The notes: generated from the letters alone by a model not told the origin. A stretch of 64,000 nt of DNA from Nannocystis bainbridge (GCF_028368995.1 NZ_JAQNDL010000001.1:1984001-2048000); one strand, 5' to 3'. Shown: positions 9,879 through 20,310, counted from the first letter of the stretch. Translations and numbers: made by a program.

Positions 9879-10002
9879 GCAGTCGCGGGGTGAGTCACCC
9901 GGCGAGGCCACGAGGCCATCCGCGGACGGCGGTCCGGCGTCGCTATCGATCGCAGTCGCGGGAGAATCACTCGGCGAGGCCACGAGGCCATCCGCGGACG
10001 GC
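9879..10002. repeat. two ~52-bp direct repeats (period ~72 bp) upstream of pseudokinase 2
   Basis: gcagtcgcggg..gaRtcacYcggcgaggccacgaggccatccgcggacggc occurs twice. Confidence 0.8.
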
Positions 10003-10055
10003 CGCCGCGCGGAGCCTCGCACGCGTAGCCCGACGAACCGAGCGCGGTCACGCAG

Positions 10056-10289
10056 CTACTTGCGCAGTCGCCGGAGCGGCGAGGCGTCCGCGGCCAGCCA
10101 GCGCTTGCCGTCCTTGGCGAACACCGCGCTCCCCGATCGCCGCGGCTCGACCGGCGGCTCGCAGGACGAAGACTTCAACGCCGCGCGGAGCTTCCGCCGC
10201 CGGCACCGGCTGTCACGCAGCCTGTCCTGCTTCTCGCTGCTCGCCGTGGTGACCGCGACCACCGGGTGCCGCTTGTAAGAACGTGCCAT
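10056..10289 (-). CDS. small basic conserved hypothetical protein
   Basis: MARSYKRHP...SEKQD...KDGKRW pattern of a widespread small Arg/Lys-rich family (recognised from memory); GAGG upstream. Confidence 0.65.
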   Translation of the reverse strand: MARSYKRHPVVAVTTASSEKQDRLRDSRCRRRKLRAALKSSSCEPPVEPRRSGSAVFAKDGKRWLAADASPLRRLRK

Positions 10290-10331
10290 CGGATCGCCTC
10301 TCAACATGTCCTTAGGAACATGTCCACAAGG

Positions 10332-12080
10332 TCAGCGCGACGTCGCCAGCGCGGCCGCGTCGGCGACCGGCTGCAGGACCACCCGCGCCAGCCCGCGCAG
10401 CAACGGCTCGCGGGCGATCACCCGCGCGAGCGGCGGGCTGTGGGCGTAGTAAAAGCGGACCAGGTCGACACCGGTCGGCGAGGCTTTGAGAAAATCGTCG
10501 CGGAACGCCCGCAGGGCCGCGACCTGGGCCGCCCACGGCGCGCCCCAGGCGGCGGTGGCGAGGAAGCAGAACGTGTCGACCGTCTGGAACTTCTGCGCCT
10601 CGGTGGTGATGTCCGCGGTCACCAGCGGGCTGCGGTTGGTGCACGCGTCCTCGTGGCGGACCGCGAACTGGTAGGTGTAATCGGCCCACAGCTCACCGAC
10701 CTCGACGCTCACCAGGCCCTCGGTGCGGCCCAGCTCGGCGGCGGAGAAGGTCGACTGGTGGGCCGCGCCGAGCAGCTCCTCGGTGAGCGGCGCGTTGCTG
10801 GCGATCGAGAACACGTGCACTTCCTTGAGCGCGATCGTCGGGTCGGCGGGCGGCGGCAGGCGAAAGCTGACCTGCACGCGATCGAACGACTCGCCGACCA
10901 GCGCGAGGTCCTCGATCGGCGCCAGCGCGTGGACCTGCGCGCACGAGCCCCAGCCGTCGCCGGGATCGCCGCCGGTCGTGCCGTCCGGACCGTCGGACTC
11001 GCCGCTGTCGCTGCCGCTCCCGCCGTCGCCGGTCGTGCCGCCCTCGCCCGGGCCGCCGTGCGAGTAGACGCCCCAGCGGAACGTCTCACCGTTCTTGCTC
11101 ATGAGCTTGAGGCGATCGGCGCCGCTGCCGTCGGCCGCGCTGATGGTCGGATCGGGCGGATGCAGCGCGCCGGTCGCCCCGTCCCAGTCGGCGTAGCCAG
11201 CGTAATCGACGGTGCCGCGAAAGCCCTGGGTGAACGGATCGAACGGCACGGCGTAGACCACCGAGGGCTGCCCGAGGTACTCGACGCCGTAGGCCGAGAG
11301 GTCGGGGTCGACATAATGATCGGCGTCGCGGTCGAAGCTGAAGGCCGAATTCTCGTCGGCCTCGACGCCGATCTCGAGGTAGGCCGTGAGCGGCGCCCCG
11401 GCCATCGCCTCGGGCGGCACCAGCACCGTCACGAACGCGGCCTGGTCGCCGGGCGGGGTCGCGGCCGTGACGGCGTCGAGGTCGTTGAGCGTCGCGTAGG
11501 TCTGGGTCTCCTCGGCGTCGAGCGCTGGGTCGAACGCGAGGATGTCGTTGCGCGGCGGGTACCAGCTGATGTCGCCCTCCGGATCGAACTGCCCCTTGTC
11601 CGAATTAAAGACCTTGGGCGAGGGGCAGGTCATGGTGTCGACGGCGACCGTCTCGTGCTCGGACGGCGACAGCGGCCGACAAAAGTAGGGCTCGTCCGAC
11701 GAGGTGTTCTCGTGAAAGCCGAGCGAGTCGAGGTCGCCAGGATCCTCGTCGTGAAGGATGATCTTCGGGTAGGTCTTGCCGCGCCGGTGAGCCCACACCG
11801 GCAGCACCGACACGCGCGGCCCGTACGGCGCGCGCCAGCTCGAGAGGAAGTTCCAGATCCCCGGCCGGTTGCCGATCCCGTACTTGCCGACCGCCTGGGT
11901 GACCATGACGTCCCGGACGTAATTGCCCTTGGCGTCCTCGAGCCAGATCGCAATCTGGGCGTTCTTCACCGGCGTGAAGTGAAACTCGACCAGCACCGGC
12001 TCGGCTGCTGCAGCGACGCGCACGGCCGACGTCGGCGCGAGCAGGAGCGCGGCGAGCAAGAGCGTCGGCGAGCGCGGCAC
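10332..12080 (-). CDS. secreted protein: DUF2271-like N-terminus, FN3-like region, CFI-box-CTERM tail
   Basis: Signal peptide; QIAIWLED..GNYV...LPVWAH; C-terminal CFLATAAWG...LRAFRD...FYY.HSPPLA. Confidence 0.8.
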   Translation of the reverse strand: MPRSPTLLLAALLLAPTSAVRVAAAAEPVLVEFHFTPVKNAQIAIWLEDAKGNYVRDVMVTQAVGKYGIGNRPGIWNFLSSWRAPYGPRVSVLPVWAHRRGKTYPKIILHDEDPGDLDSLGFHENTSSDEPYFCRPLSPSEHETVAVDTMTCPSPKVFNSDKGQFDPEGDISWYPPRNDILAFDPALDAEETQTYATLNDLDAVTAATPPGDQAAFVTVLVPPEAMAGAPLTAYLEIGVEADENSAFSFDRDADHYVDPDLSAYGVEYLGQPSVVYAVPFDPFTQGFRGTVDYAGYADWDGATGALHPPDPTISAADGSGADRLKLMSKNGETFRWGVYSHGGPGEGGTTGDGGSGSDSGESDGPDGTTGGDPGDGWGSCAQVHALAPIEDLALVGESFDRVQVSFRLPPPADPTIALKEVHVFSIASNAPLTEELLGAAHQSTFSAAELGRTEGLVSVEVGELWADYTYQFAVRHEDACTNRSPLVTADITTEAQKFQTVDTFCFLATAAWGAPWAAQVAALRAFRDDFLKASPTGVDLVRFYYAHSPPLARVIAREPLLRGLARVVLQPVADAAALATSR

Positions 12081-12348
12081 GCGAGGACGATAGCACAGGC
12101 CCGCGGCGGACTTCGTCGGCCGCGACGACGAGCAAGGCGGGCGTCGTGGCCAGGGCAGAGCGCCTCCCGGGTCACCCGTCGAAGGAATCCTCCGCGAGAG
12201 TCACTCGCGGCGCGCGAGGTCTCGCTCGCGAATCACTCCTCGGAGAAGATCCCGAAGCGCGAGCTCTGCACCGCATCCCGAATCATGCCCGCGAGAGTCG
12301 CTCGCGCGGCCGCGTACACGACCGTAGCGAATCACTCCGTGCGCCGCG

Positions 12349-13227
12349 TCAGAACCGCAGCGCCCATGTCACCCCGGCCGAGCGCAGCCCGAACGTCGGC
12401 GCCATGCTCATCCGCCGCTCCGCCGCGCGCCGCTTGAGCCCGACCGCCAGCAACGCCCCGCCCGCCCCGAGCAGCACCGGCGCCAGGAACACGCCGAGCG
12501 TCGCCGCCACGTCCCAAGCTTTGGCGCCGTCGTCGATCGCCTTGCACGCGCCTTGCGGGTCGTTCGGCGGACACGCGTTGGCGGGGTCGTCGAATTGCCG
12601 CTGGCCGTCGCGGACCCGCGCCAGCCCGCCAGCGAACAACCCGAGACTGGCGAGGCCGAGGCCGAGCGACACGCCGCCGCCGATCGCCAGGCCGCGCCAC
12701 GGCTTGCCTTGCTTCGGCGCGTCGACGGGCGCGCCGGGTGGCTCGCGCGGCCCCGTCACGGGCGGCTGCGGCGCTGCGGCGGCGTCGGCCGCGTCGCTGG
12801 CGGCCCGAAACCGATCGCGCGTCTCGATCACCTGGGCCGGCAGCGCCTCGCCCGGATAGGCGGCGGTGAACTGCGCGGCGTAGGCGTCGAGCACCGCCAG
12901 CCCCTCGCGCACGATGTCGAGGCCGGCGCCGTTCCGCGCCGACTTGCCGTAGGCGTCGGCGATGTAGCTGTAGACCGCCGCGCGGTTGTCCTTGTTGTCG
13001 GGCGACTCGTGGAGCCGCTCGACCGCGCCGCTCCACGTGCGCGCGGCCGACAGGTACTCGCCGCGGTTGAACTGGTCCTGCCCCTCGCGGAAGCCGCTGT
13101 CGAACTTCACGAGGTCGTCGGCCGGCGCCGGAGCGGCGCTCGTCACGGCCGGAGCGAGCGAGAGCGAAGCGCAAAGGGGCCAGACGAGGAGCGCCTGGAT
13201 GCGTCCTCGCACGCGACGAAATGCCAT
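12349..13227 (-). CDS. exported TPR-like protein with C-terminal hydrophobic segments
   Basis: Signal peptide, FREG..QFNRGEY..AA TPR-like helices, Pro linker, Gly-rich TM segments; divergent from the kinase. Confidence 0.7.
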   Translation of the reverse strand: MAFRRVRGRIQALLVWPLCASLSLAPAVTSAAPAPADDLVKFDSGFREGQDQFNRGEYLSAARTWSGAVERLHESPDNKDNRAAVYSYIADAYGKSARNGAGLDIVREGLAVLDAYAAQFTAAYPGEALPAQVIETRDRFRAASDAADAAAAPQPPVTGPREPPGAPVDAPKQGKPWRGLAIGGGVSLGLGLASLGLFAGGLARVRDGQRQFDDPANACPPNDPQGACKAIDDGAKAWDVAATLGVFLAPVLLGAGGALLAVGLKRRAAERRMSMAPTFGLRSAGVTWALRF

Positions 13228-13355
13228 GCCGCGACCGTAACACGTCCCGCGGCCGCGCCTGCGCCGCGCCGCGAGCCACGATATCGCGCCGCGCATTAGT
13301 GCACCTGGTCGCCCGCGTTGCTGCTGCCCGCGCAGGGGTGGTAGAGAGCCCTGAA

Positions 13356-15206
13356 ATGGTGGCCGACCGCGACGCCCAGGTGATCGGCACGGTGCTCGAG
13401 AATCGGTACCGCGTGATCGGCCTGCTCGGCCGCGGCGGCATGGGCGACGTGTACGTCGGCGAGGACACCCGGCTGCGCCGCCGCTGCGCCCTGAAGATCC
13501 TCCACGCCAAGCTCGCCGAGGATCGCACCAGCGTCGAGCGGTTCCTGCGCGAGGCGCAGATGATCGCCTCGCTCGACCACCCCAACATCGTCGACATCTA
13601 CGCGTTCGGCGAGGAGCCGTCGGGGCTGGTGTACTTCGCGATGGAGCTGCTGCAGGGCGAGGACCTCGACGCCCGCGTGCGCCGCCGCGGCGAGCGACCG
13701 TTCACGGTCCACGAGGCCTGCGCGTGGTCCAGCCAGATCGCCCGGGCCGTCGCCTGCGTCCACGACAACGGCCTCATTCACCGCGACCTCAAGGTCTCGA
13801 ACGTGTTCCTGGCCCAGAAGCGCGACGGCGAGGAGATCTGCAAGCTGCTCGACTTCGGCATCGCCCGCGCCGAGGACGACTCCGAGCTGACCGAGACCGG
13901 CATCACGCTCGGCACGCCGAGCTACATGTCGCCGGAGCAGGTCCGCAACGCCAACCTCGACCGCCGCAGCGACATCTATTCGTTCGGGGTGGTGATGTTC
14001 AAGCTGCTGACCGGCCGCGTGCCGTTCACCGGCGAGCCGATCCAGGTCGCCATGCAGCACTGCGAGTCCGCGCCACCGGCCCCGTCGAGCCTCGCGCCCG
14101 CGGCCGGCATCTCGCCGGCGCTCGACGCCATCGTCCTCAAGGCCATGGCCAAGAGGCCAGGTGATCGCTTTCAATCGATGCAGGAGGTCGGCCTGGCGCT
14201 GGCCGAGCTGCTGCAGCGCGAGGCGCCCGCGCTCGCGCCCATCACCACTTCCAATCGGTTCTCGCGCGACTTGCAGAGCCCGGTGACGCAGCCGGGCACG
14301 AACCGGCTCGAAGACCTCGCCCGCCCCGCGACCGCGCCCACGCAAGAGGCGGCCCGCCCCGAGGCCGCGACGGCGCACGCGCCGAAGCAGCCCGTCGCCG
14401 AGGGCGCACACGAGCCGCAGCACGCCACCACCGCACCGACGGCGCCGCAGCACGCCGCGACGGCCGCGGCACACGAAGCCAGGACGCCCGTCACCACCCC
14501 CGTGCACGAGCCGCAGGCGGGCCGGTCCGCAGGCGGGCTCACGTCCGACGCCGCGACCCCGGGCGAGGGCACGCGGACCAGCCCGACCACCGCCTTCGCG
14601 CCGCCGCAGCCCCGTCGCTCGCGTCCGCTGCTCGTGCTCGCCGCGGCAGGGGTGCTCGGCGCCGCCGCCGTCGCGTTCGCGCTGACCCGCGGCGACGACC
14701 CGACGCCCGCGCAGCCGCAGCGCGTCGAGACCCCGCCGAGCGCCGCGCTCTCACCGTCTCCGCCGTCCCCTCCTCCCGCGCCCTCATCCCCGTCGGATCC
14801 GGCGCCCGAGCAGACCCCACCGAGCAACCCGCCCGCCGTCGCCTCGCCCGAGCCTTCGACGCCCGACGCCGAGCCGCCCACGCCCACGCCCGAGCAGGCC
14901 CTGCCGCCGCTCGAGCCCGAGGTCACGCCGCCCACGCCCGCGGTCGAGAAGAAGCGCGGCGTCGCCAAGCCCGCGGCGCCGGTCGACCCGCTCAAGCAGA
15001 TCGAGCGCAAGGCCCAGAAGTGTCGCAAGACCCACGGCGCGATCGAAGGGCCGAAGATCGTCATCGACTACGCGATCGGCCTCGACGGCAAAGTCACCCG
15101 CTCGGTGCCCTCGGTCCACGACGCCCTCGGCAAGTGCCTGGCCGACGCGGTGCTTTCGACCGCCTTCGAGCCGAAGATGGTCCTCGGCCGCAAGGTCTCG
15201 CTATAG
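13356..15206 (+). CDS. membrane-anchored Hanks-type Ser/Thr protein kinase (catalytically intact)
   Basis: GRGGMG, CALK, HRDLKVSN, DFG, GTPSYMSPEQ, SDIYSFG; TM; Pro-rich extracellular part. Confidence 0.95.
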   Translation: MVADRDAQVIGTVLENRYRVIGLLGRGGMGDVYVGEDTRLRRRCALKILHAKLAEDRTSVERFLREAQMIASLDHPNIVDIYAFGEEPSGLVYFAMELLQGEDLDARVRRRGERPFTVHEACAWSSQIARAVACVHDNGLIHRDLKVSNVFLAQKRDGEEICKLLDFGIARAEDDSELTETGITLGTPSYMSPEQVRNANLDRRSDIYSFGVVMFKLLTGRVPFTGEPIQVAMQHCESAPPAPSSLAPAAGISPALDAIVLKAMAKRPGDRFQSMQEVGLALAELLQREAPALAPITTSNRFSRDLQSPVTQPGTNRLEDLARPATAPTQEAARPEAATAHAPKQPVAEGAHEPQHATTAPTAPQHAATAAAHEARTPVTTPVHEPQAGRSAGGLTSDAATPGEGTRTSPTTAFAPPQPRRSRPLLVLAAAGVLGAAAVAFALTRGDDPTPAQPQRVETPPSAALSPSPPSPPPAPSSPSDPAPEQTPPSNPPAVASPEPSTPDAEPPTPTPEQALPPLEPEVTPPTPAVEKKRGVAKPAAPVDPLKQIERKAQKCRKTHGAIEGPKIVIDYAIGLDGKVTRSVPSVHDALGKCLADAVLSTAFEPKMVLGRKVSL

Positions 15207-15220
15207 GCTCGCGCGAGGCC

Positions 15221-15335
15221 GCTGTCCGCGAGGACAGGTCCGCGAGCCTGCCCCTTGCGACATGCCCTTCGAGACATGCCCCGAAGCACATGCCCTCGGG
15301 AGCATGCCCGAACGAGCATGTCCCGGAGGACAGGC
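15221..15335. repeat. longest array of the 14-bp phased palindromic element (7 units in exact register)
   Basis: CCTG/CATG/CAGG cores at 15247, 15261, 15275, 15289, 15303, 15317, 15331; between convergent kinase and recN. Confidence 0.9.
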
Positions 15336-15340
15336 CGCCC

Positions 15341-17077
15341 TCAGGACTGAGGGGCCTGCGCGCGCCGACCGGCGCGCGGCTCTTTCTTGCGCGGCGGCGT
15401 CGCCCGGGCCTCGGCGATCAGCGCGTGCGCGTGTTCGCGGGCGCTGGTGGTCACGCGCGAGCCGCCGAGCATGCGCGCCAGCTCCTCGACGCGCTCCTCG
15501 TCGGACAGCTTGACCACGCGGGTGATCGTGCGGCCGGCCTGGGTGTGCTTCTCGACCCGGAAGTGGGCGTCGGCGAACGCGGCGATCTGCGGCAGGTGGG
15601 TGATGCAGAGCACCTGGCGCTGGCGCGACGCCGCGTGCAGGCGGCGGCCGATCGCCTCGGCCACCGCGCCGCCGACCCCCGCGTCGACCTCGTCGAACAC
15701 GTAGGTCGTGACCGCGTCGCCGGTCGACAGCACGCTCTTGACCGCCAGCAGCACGCGCGACAGCTCGCCGCCCGAGGCCACGCGGTTGAGCGGCGCCACC
15801 GGCTCGCCCGGGTTGGCCGAGAACATGAACTCGACCCGGTCGAGCCCGCGCGGCCCGAGCTGCGCCGGCGGCAGCTCTTCCACCCTGGCCTCGAGCCGGG
15901 CCCGCGGGATGTGCAGCGCCGCCAGCTCGGCCTCGACCGCGCGCGCCAGCCCCTCGGCGGCCGCGGCCCGGCGCGCGTGCAGCTGGCCCGCGCGCTGCAG
16001 GCACTTGCCGCGCAGCTCCTGCTCGCGGGCGTCGAGCGCCTCGAGGTGCGAATCGGCGTGCTCGAGCTGCGACAGCTCCTCGCGCATCGCCGTCAGCTTG
16101 GCCGGCAGCGCCTCGAGGTCGCCGCCGTGCTTGCGCTTCAGCGTCTCGAGGTCGTGCAGGCGCTCCTCGACCTGCTCGAGGTCACCTGGCTCGAAGGACA
16201 TCTCGTTGGCGAACCGGGCCGCCGCCGCCGCCGCCTCCTCGCACGCCACCTGGGCCGCCACCAGCTGCTCCTGGATCTCCCCCAGCAGGCGCGAGCTGTC
16301 GGCCCCGCGCCGGGCCTCGTCGAGCAGCATCGCCAGGCGGCCCGCGATCGCGTCGTCCGACTCGTACAGCACGTCGTGAGCCTGGCGGGCGAACGCGGCC
16401 CAGCGGTGGGCGTCGCGCAGCAGCAGCGCCCGCTGGCGCAGCCCGACCAGCTCCCCCGGCTCCGGGCTCACGCGATCGATCTCCTCGATCTGGAAGCGCA
16501 GGAAATCGGCCCGCGCCGCCCCCTCGGCCGCGCGCCGGCGCAGGTCGGCCGCCGCCTGGGCCGCCGCCTGCCACTCGCGGTACTGCTCGGCGTAGGTCGT
16601 CGCATCGCCGTCGAGCCCGGCGTAGGCGTCGAGCAGGTCGATGTGGCGGGCCACGTGCGTCAGCGAGTGGTGCTCGTGCTGGCTGCAGATGTCGATCAGC
16701 TGCTCGCCGACCCGCTCGAGCATGCCCTGCGTGGTCAGCACCGCCTGGACCACCGAGCGCCCGCGGCCGGCCCGGCCGACCACGCGCTCCAGCACCAGCG
16801 CCTCGCGGCCCTCGGCGATCCCCAGCTCGTCGAGCGCCGGGGCCAGCCGCCGCAGCGTCCCGGCGTCGAGCTCGAACTGCGCGCTGGTCCGGGCCGCGTC
16901 GGCCCCCTGGCGCACGATCTCGGCCCGTCCGCGGGCCCCTCGCAGCAGCGCCAGGGCGTCGACGATGATCGACTTGCCCGCGCCGGTCTCACCGGTGAGG
17001 ACGTTCATCCCGCGCCCCAGCTCGAGGCCGACGTCGTCGAGCAGGGCGAGCCCGCGGATGTGCAAGTAGCTGAGCAC
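15341..17077 (-). CDS. recN: DNA repair protein RecN
   Basis: [10 protein letters not shown] Walker [29 protein letters not shown]. Confidence 0.97.
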   Translation of the reverse strand: MLSYLHIRGLALLDDVGLELGRGMNVLTGETGAGKSIIVDALALLRGARGRAEIVRQGADAARTSAQFELDAGTLRRLAPALDELGIAEGREALVLERVVGRAGRGRSVVQAVLTTQGMLERVGEQLIDICSQHEHHSLTHVARHIDLLDAYAGLDGDATTYAEQYREWQAAAQAAADLRRRAAEGAARADFLRFQIEEIDRVSPEPGELVGLRQRALLLRDAHRWAAFARQAHDVLYESDDAIAGRLAMLLDEARRGADSSRLLGEIQEQLVAAQVACEEAAAAAARFANEMSFEPGDLEQVEERLHDLETLKRKHGGDLEALPAKLTAMREELSQLEHADSHLEALDAREQELRGKCLQRAGQLHARRAAAAEGLARAVEAELAALHIPRARLEARVEELPPAQLGPRGLDRVEFMFSANPGEPVAPLNRVASGGELSRVLLAVKSVLSTGDAVTTYVFDEVDAGVGGAVAEAIGRRLHAASRQRQVLCITHLPQIAAFADAHFRVEKHTQAGRTITRVVKLSDEERVEELARMLGGSRVTTSAREHAHALIAEARATPPRKKEPRAGRRAQAPQS

Positions 17078-17116
17078 GACGGCGCTATAGCATGCGCACA
17101 GCCGCGCGTCAGCGCG

Positions 17117-18034
17117 TCAGCGGGTCCGCCCGCTCATACCGGCGCTCCAGCCCAGCTTGGTGGCCAGGACCCGGAACACGCTGTACTCCGGGGGGCACAG
17201 GCGCAGCGGGTCAGGCGCGGCGCCGATGGTGATGCGGTCGCCGAGCTCGAGCGACACGCTGGTCTGGCCGTCGATCGTCAGGAAGGCGCCGCCCTCCTCC
17301 GGGCCCTCGTAGGTGATCTCGATCAGCGACGCCGCGTCGACCACCACGGGCCGGTGCGTGAGGCTGTGCGGGCAGATCGGCGTGATCGTGAAGGCGGTCG
17401 CGCTGGGCGCCACGATCGGACCGCCGGCGGCCAGGTTGTAGGCGGTCGAGCCCATCGGCGTGCACACGATCAGCCCGTCGGCCTTGTACGTGGCCATGAA
17501 CTGACCGCCGACGTCGGTCGCCAGCGCCAGCAGCCGCGGGAACTCGCCGTGCTTGATGTACGCGTCGTTGCAGGCCGCCTCGCGCAGGAACACCCGGCCG
17601 CCGCGCAGCAGCTCGATCTGCATGCGCAGCCGCGGCTCCCACGCCAGCTGCCCCTGCACCGCCGCCGCCAGCCCGACCTCCCCCTGCTCCGCCTGGTACG
17701 CGGTCAGGAAGCCGAGGTCGCCGAGGTTGATGCCCAGCACCGGCACCCCGGCCTCCGCCGCCCACCGGCTGGCGCGCAGCAGCGTGCCGTCGCCGCCGAG
17801 CGCCACCACCAGGTCGCAGCCCTCGGCCAACCCCTCGCAGCTCTCCACCACCTCCGCGCCCTCGCGTCGCAGCGCCGCGGCGCCGCTGTCGTCGGGCAGC
17901 GCGCAGACCTTGACCGCGACCGCGTGCTCGCGCAGCCAGCGGGTCGCGTTGACGGTCGCCTCGAACGCCCGCGCACCGTCGCGCGGGTAGAGGAGGACGC
18001 GGCGGACCGCGGCGATCGGTACACGCTTCGACAT
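17117..18034 (-). CDS. nadK: NAD+ kinase
   Basis: LGGDGTLL, GINLGDLGFL, ND, DGLIVCTPMGSTAYNLAAGGP; ATG overlaps the upstream stop. Confidence 0.95.
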   Translation of the reverse strand: MSKRVPIAAVRRVLLYPRDGARAFEATVNATRWLREHAVAVKVCALPDDSGAAALRREGAEVVESCEGLAEGCDLVVALGGDGTLLRASRWAAEAGVPVLGINLGDLGFLTAYQAEQGEVGLAAAVQGQLAWEPRLRMQIELLRGGRVFLREAACNDAYIKHGEFPRLLALATDVGGQFMATYKADGLIVCTPMGSTAYNLAAGGPIVAPSATAFTITPICPHSLTHRPVVVDAASLIEITYEGPEEGGAFLTIDGQTSVSLELGDRITIGAAPDPLRLCPPEYSVFRVLATKLGWSAGMSGRTR

Positions 18035-18972
18035 CAGTCGTCGGGCGAGTAGAGGTAACCCTGGTGCTGGAACAGGCAGATCTTGCCACCCTGCTCGCGC
18101 CGGGCCCGCTCGAGCGCGGCGTCGACGAGGTCGAGCAGGTCCTGCAGCGAGCGGGTGTCCTTGTTGGGATAAAACGACACGCCGATCGACACCGAGAACC
18201 CGCTCGTCGCCGCGGTGCGGACCGCCGAGGGGTGCAGCAGCGGCCGCCGGGCCTCGCGCGCGACCCGTTCGGCGACCGTCAGCGCCCCCGGGAAGTGCGT
18301 GTTGGGCAGCACCAGCAAGTACCCGCGATCGTCGGTGCGCTGCACGAGGTCGATCTTGCGGACGTTGCCCTCGATGATCGCGTGCAGCGCCGGCGTCAGC
18401 TCCGCCGCCGGCCGCGCGCCCTCGGGCTCGTCGACCTCGATGCGCAAGCAGGCCAGCGGGTCGCTGTAGCGCTCGGCCCGCTCGAACTCCTCCTGCAGGC
18501 GCCGGCGGAACTCGTCGGCGCCCAGCTCGACCCGCCGCGCCCGCGGGCCGTCGCCCTCGGCGCCGTCGCCGAGCGAGAACTGCGCCCGCGTCCGCAGCAG
18601 CACGTCGATGCGCGCGCGCAGCTCGTCGGGGTTGTAGGGCTTGCCGAGGTAGTCGTCGGCGCCGCTGCGGAGGCCCTCGACGCGGGCGTTGACCGAGTTG
18701 CGGGTGCTGACCATGAGGACCGGCAGGAACCCGCTGGCCTTGGCCTTGAGGATCCGGCACACCTCGAGGCCGCCGATCCTGGGCATGACGACGTCGAGCA
18801 TGACCAGCGCCGGGCGCTCCCTGTTGAACAGCTCCAGCACCTGCTGGCCGTCGTTCGCCTCGACCACCACGAAGCCGGCTTCGGTGAGCACCGAGCGCGC
18901 CGTGGCCCGCTCGCCCGGCGAGTCGTCGGCGACCAGGATCTTCACGCCGGAGCTGGACTGGCCCGCGGTCAC
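18034..18972 (-). CDS. response regulator: REC plus degenerate GGDEF domain
   Basis: ILVADD, LDVVMP, GADDYLGKP; EEFERAERY..PL, RTDDRGY at the GGDEF position, VSIGVS. Confidence 0.85.
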   Translation of the reverse strand: MTAGQSSSGVKILVADDSPGERATARSVLTEAGFVVVEANDGQQVLELFNRERPALVMLDVVMPRIGGLEVCRILKAKASGFLPVLMVSTRNSVNARVEGLRSGADDYLGKPYNPDELRARIDVLLRTRAQFSLGDGAEGDGPRARRVELGADEFRRRLQEEFERAERYSDPLACLRIEVDEPEGARPAAELTPALHAIIEGNVRKIDLVQRTDDRGYLLVLPNTHFPGALTVAERVAREARRPLLHPSAVRTAATSGFSVSIGVSFYPNKDTRSLQDLLDLVDAALERARREQGGKICLFQHQGYLYSPDD

Positions 18973-19224
18973 CCCGTTCAGCTCACCTTCCGGCCCGCCG
19001 GGCCGACGCCTTCGGGCCCGGGGCGCCGAGGGGATTGTGTCTGCCCGGAAACCACTCGCCCCAGTATGTCCGAGTCGTCGCCAGGGGCCCAGCCCTCTCC
19101 CCGCCGGCGACCCCGGCGGAGATCGCCCACCCGCTCCCCGCCCGGAATGTGAGTCTGAGCCCGAACCTCCCGCCCCATCGCAGCCAGGAGCCTCCCAGGG
19201 CGACGCCGACGCCGCGACCCGCGC

Positions 19225-19253
19225 TTGACAGCCCCGGAGGGCTCGCGTATCCA
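19225..19253 (+). promoter_or_regulatory. sigma70-like promoter for rplM-rpsI
   Basis: TTGACA-17 bp-TATCCA, 10 nt upstream of the rplM ATG; -10 element imperfect. Confidence 0.5.
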
Positions 19254-19263
19254 TCCCCGGCCC

Positions 19264-19698
19264 ATGGGTACGCACTACCCCAATCCCGCCGATATCCGCC
19301 GCGACTGGCTGCTGATCGATCTCACCGGTCTGACCCTCGGTCGCGCTGCGAGTCAGATCGCCAACATCCTTCGCGGCAAGCACAAGGCCACGTTCACCCC
19401 GCATCTCGATGTGGGTGACTTCGTGATCTGCGTCAACGCCGACAAGGTCAAGCTCACCGGCGACAAGCTCGACAAGAAGTTTTACTACTTCAACTCGGGC
19501 TTCCCGGGCGGCATGAAGTCCGCTTCGGCGCGCACCCTGCTCGGCAAGAAGCCGGAAGAGCTGATCACCATCGCGGTCCGCCGCATGCTTCCCCGCTCGC
19601 CGCTGGGTCGCGCCACCGTGAGCAAGCTCAAGGTGTTCGCCGGGCCCGAGCACAATCACCAGGCGCAGCAGCCCAAGCCCTACAAGCTCCCGTTCTGA
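19264..19698 (+). CDS. rplM: 50S ribosomal protein L13
   Basis: [43 protein letters not shown]. Confidence 0.98.
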   Translation: MGTHYPNPADIRRDWLLIDLTGLTLGRAASQIANILRGKHKATFTPHLDVGDFVICVNADKVKLTGDKLDKKFYYFNSGFPGGMKSASARTLLGKKPEELITIAVRRMLPRSPLGRATVSKLKVFAGPEHNHQAQQPKPYKLPF

Positions 19699-19723
19699 CA
19701 CTCCAGCACCCACGGTTCGTCTC

Positions 19724-20122
19724 ATGGCCAAAGACACGATGAAGTACTACGCCACCGGCCGTCGCAAGAGCGCGATTGCCCGCGTGTGGCTGTTCCCCGG
19801 CGAGGGCAAGATCCTGATCAACCGCCGCGAGGCCGACAGCTACCTCTGCCGCCCGACCAACCTCAAGCTCATCGAGCAGCCCCTGGTCGCCGCCGGTAGC
19901 CGCGAGAAGTACGACATTTGGGCCACCGCCAACGGCGGCGGTCTGTCCGGCCAGGCCGGCGCGATCCGCCTCGGCATCGCTCGCGCCCTCCTGCAGATCG
20001 ACCCCGAGGCTCGCTCGTCGCTCAAGAGCGCCGGCTACCTCACCCGTGACTCCCGCGCCGTCGAGCGCAAGAAGTACGGCCGCGCCGGCGCCCGCCGTCG
20101 CTTCCAGTTCAGCAAGCGCTGA
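19724..20122 (+). CDS. rpsI: 30S ribosomal protein S9
   Basis: [46 protein letters not shown]. Confidence 0.98.
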   Translation: MAKDTMKYYATGRRKSAIARVWLFPGEGKILINRREADSYLCRPTNLKLIEQPLVAAGSREKYDIWATANGGGLSGQAGAIRLGIARALLQIDPEARSSLKSAGYLTRDSRAVERKKYGRAGARRRFQFSKR

Positions 20123-20209
20123 GCCCCCTGGCGCTCGCGCCCCCGAGAGCGGAGCTTCACAGCTCCGCTCTCGCTGCTTTCGGCGCCCGAGATACCGACT
20201 GTCTCTCGG

Positions 20210-20262
20210 GGGCATGTCCCCTGCGACCTGCACGTTCGGACATGTCCTCAGGAGCATGTCTG
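20210..20262. repeat. 14-bp phased palindrome array
   Basis: Cores at 20213, 20227, 20241, 20255. Confidence 0.85.
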
Positions 20263-20310
20263 GTCGTACCCGGGATGCTCCCGCAGCGGCGACCCGCGGC
20301 TGGACTCCAC

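Noticed and set aside
15247-15335. parS site or p53-like element
   Set aside because: parS is a 16-bp TGTTxCACGTGxAACA-type palindrome with a fixed centre, unlike this motif. The match of GGACATGTCC to the p53 half-site is treated as coincidence in a bacterium.
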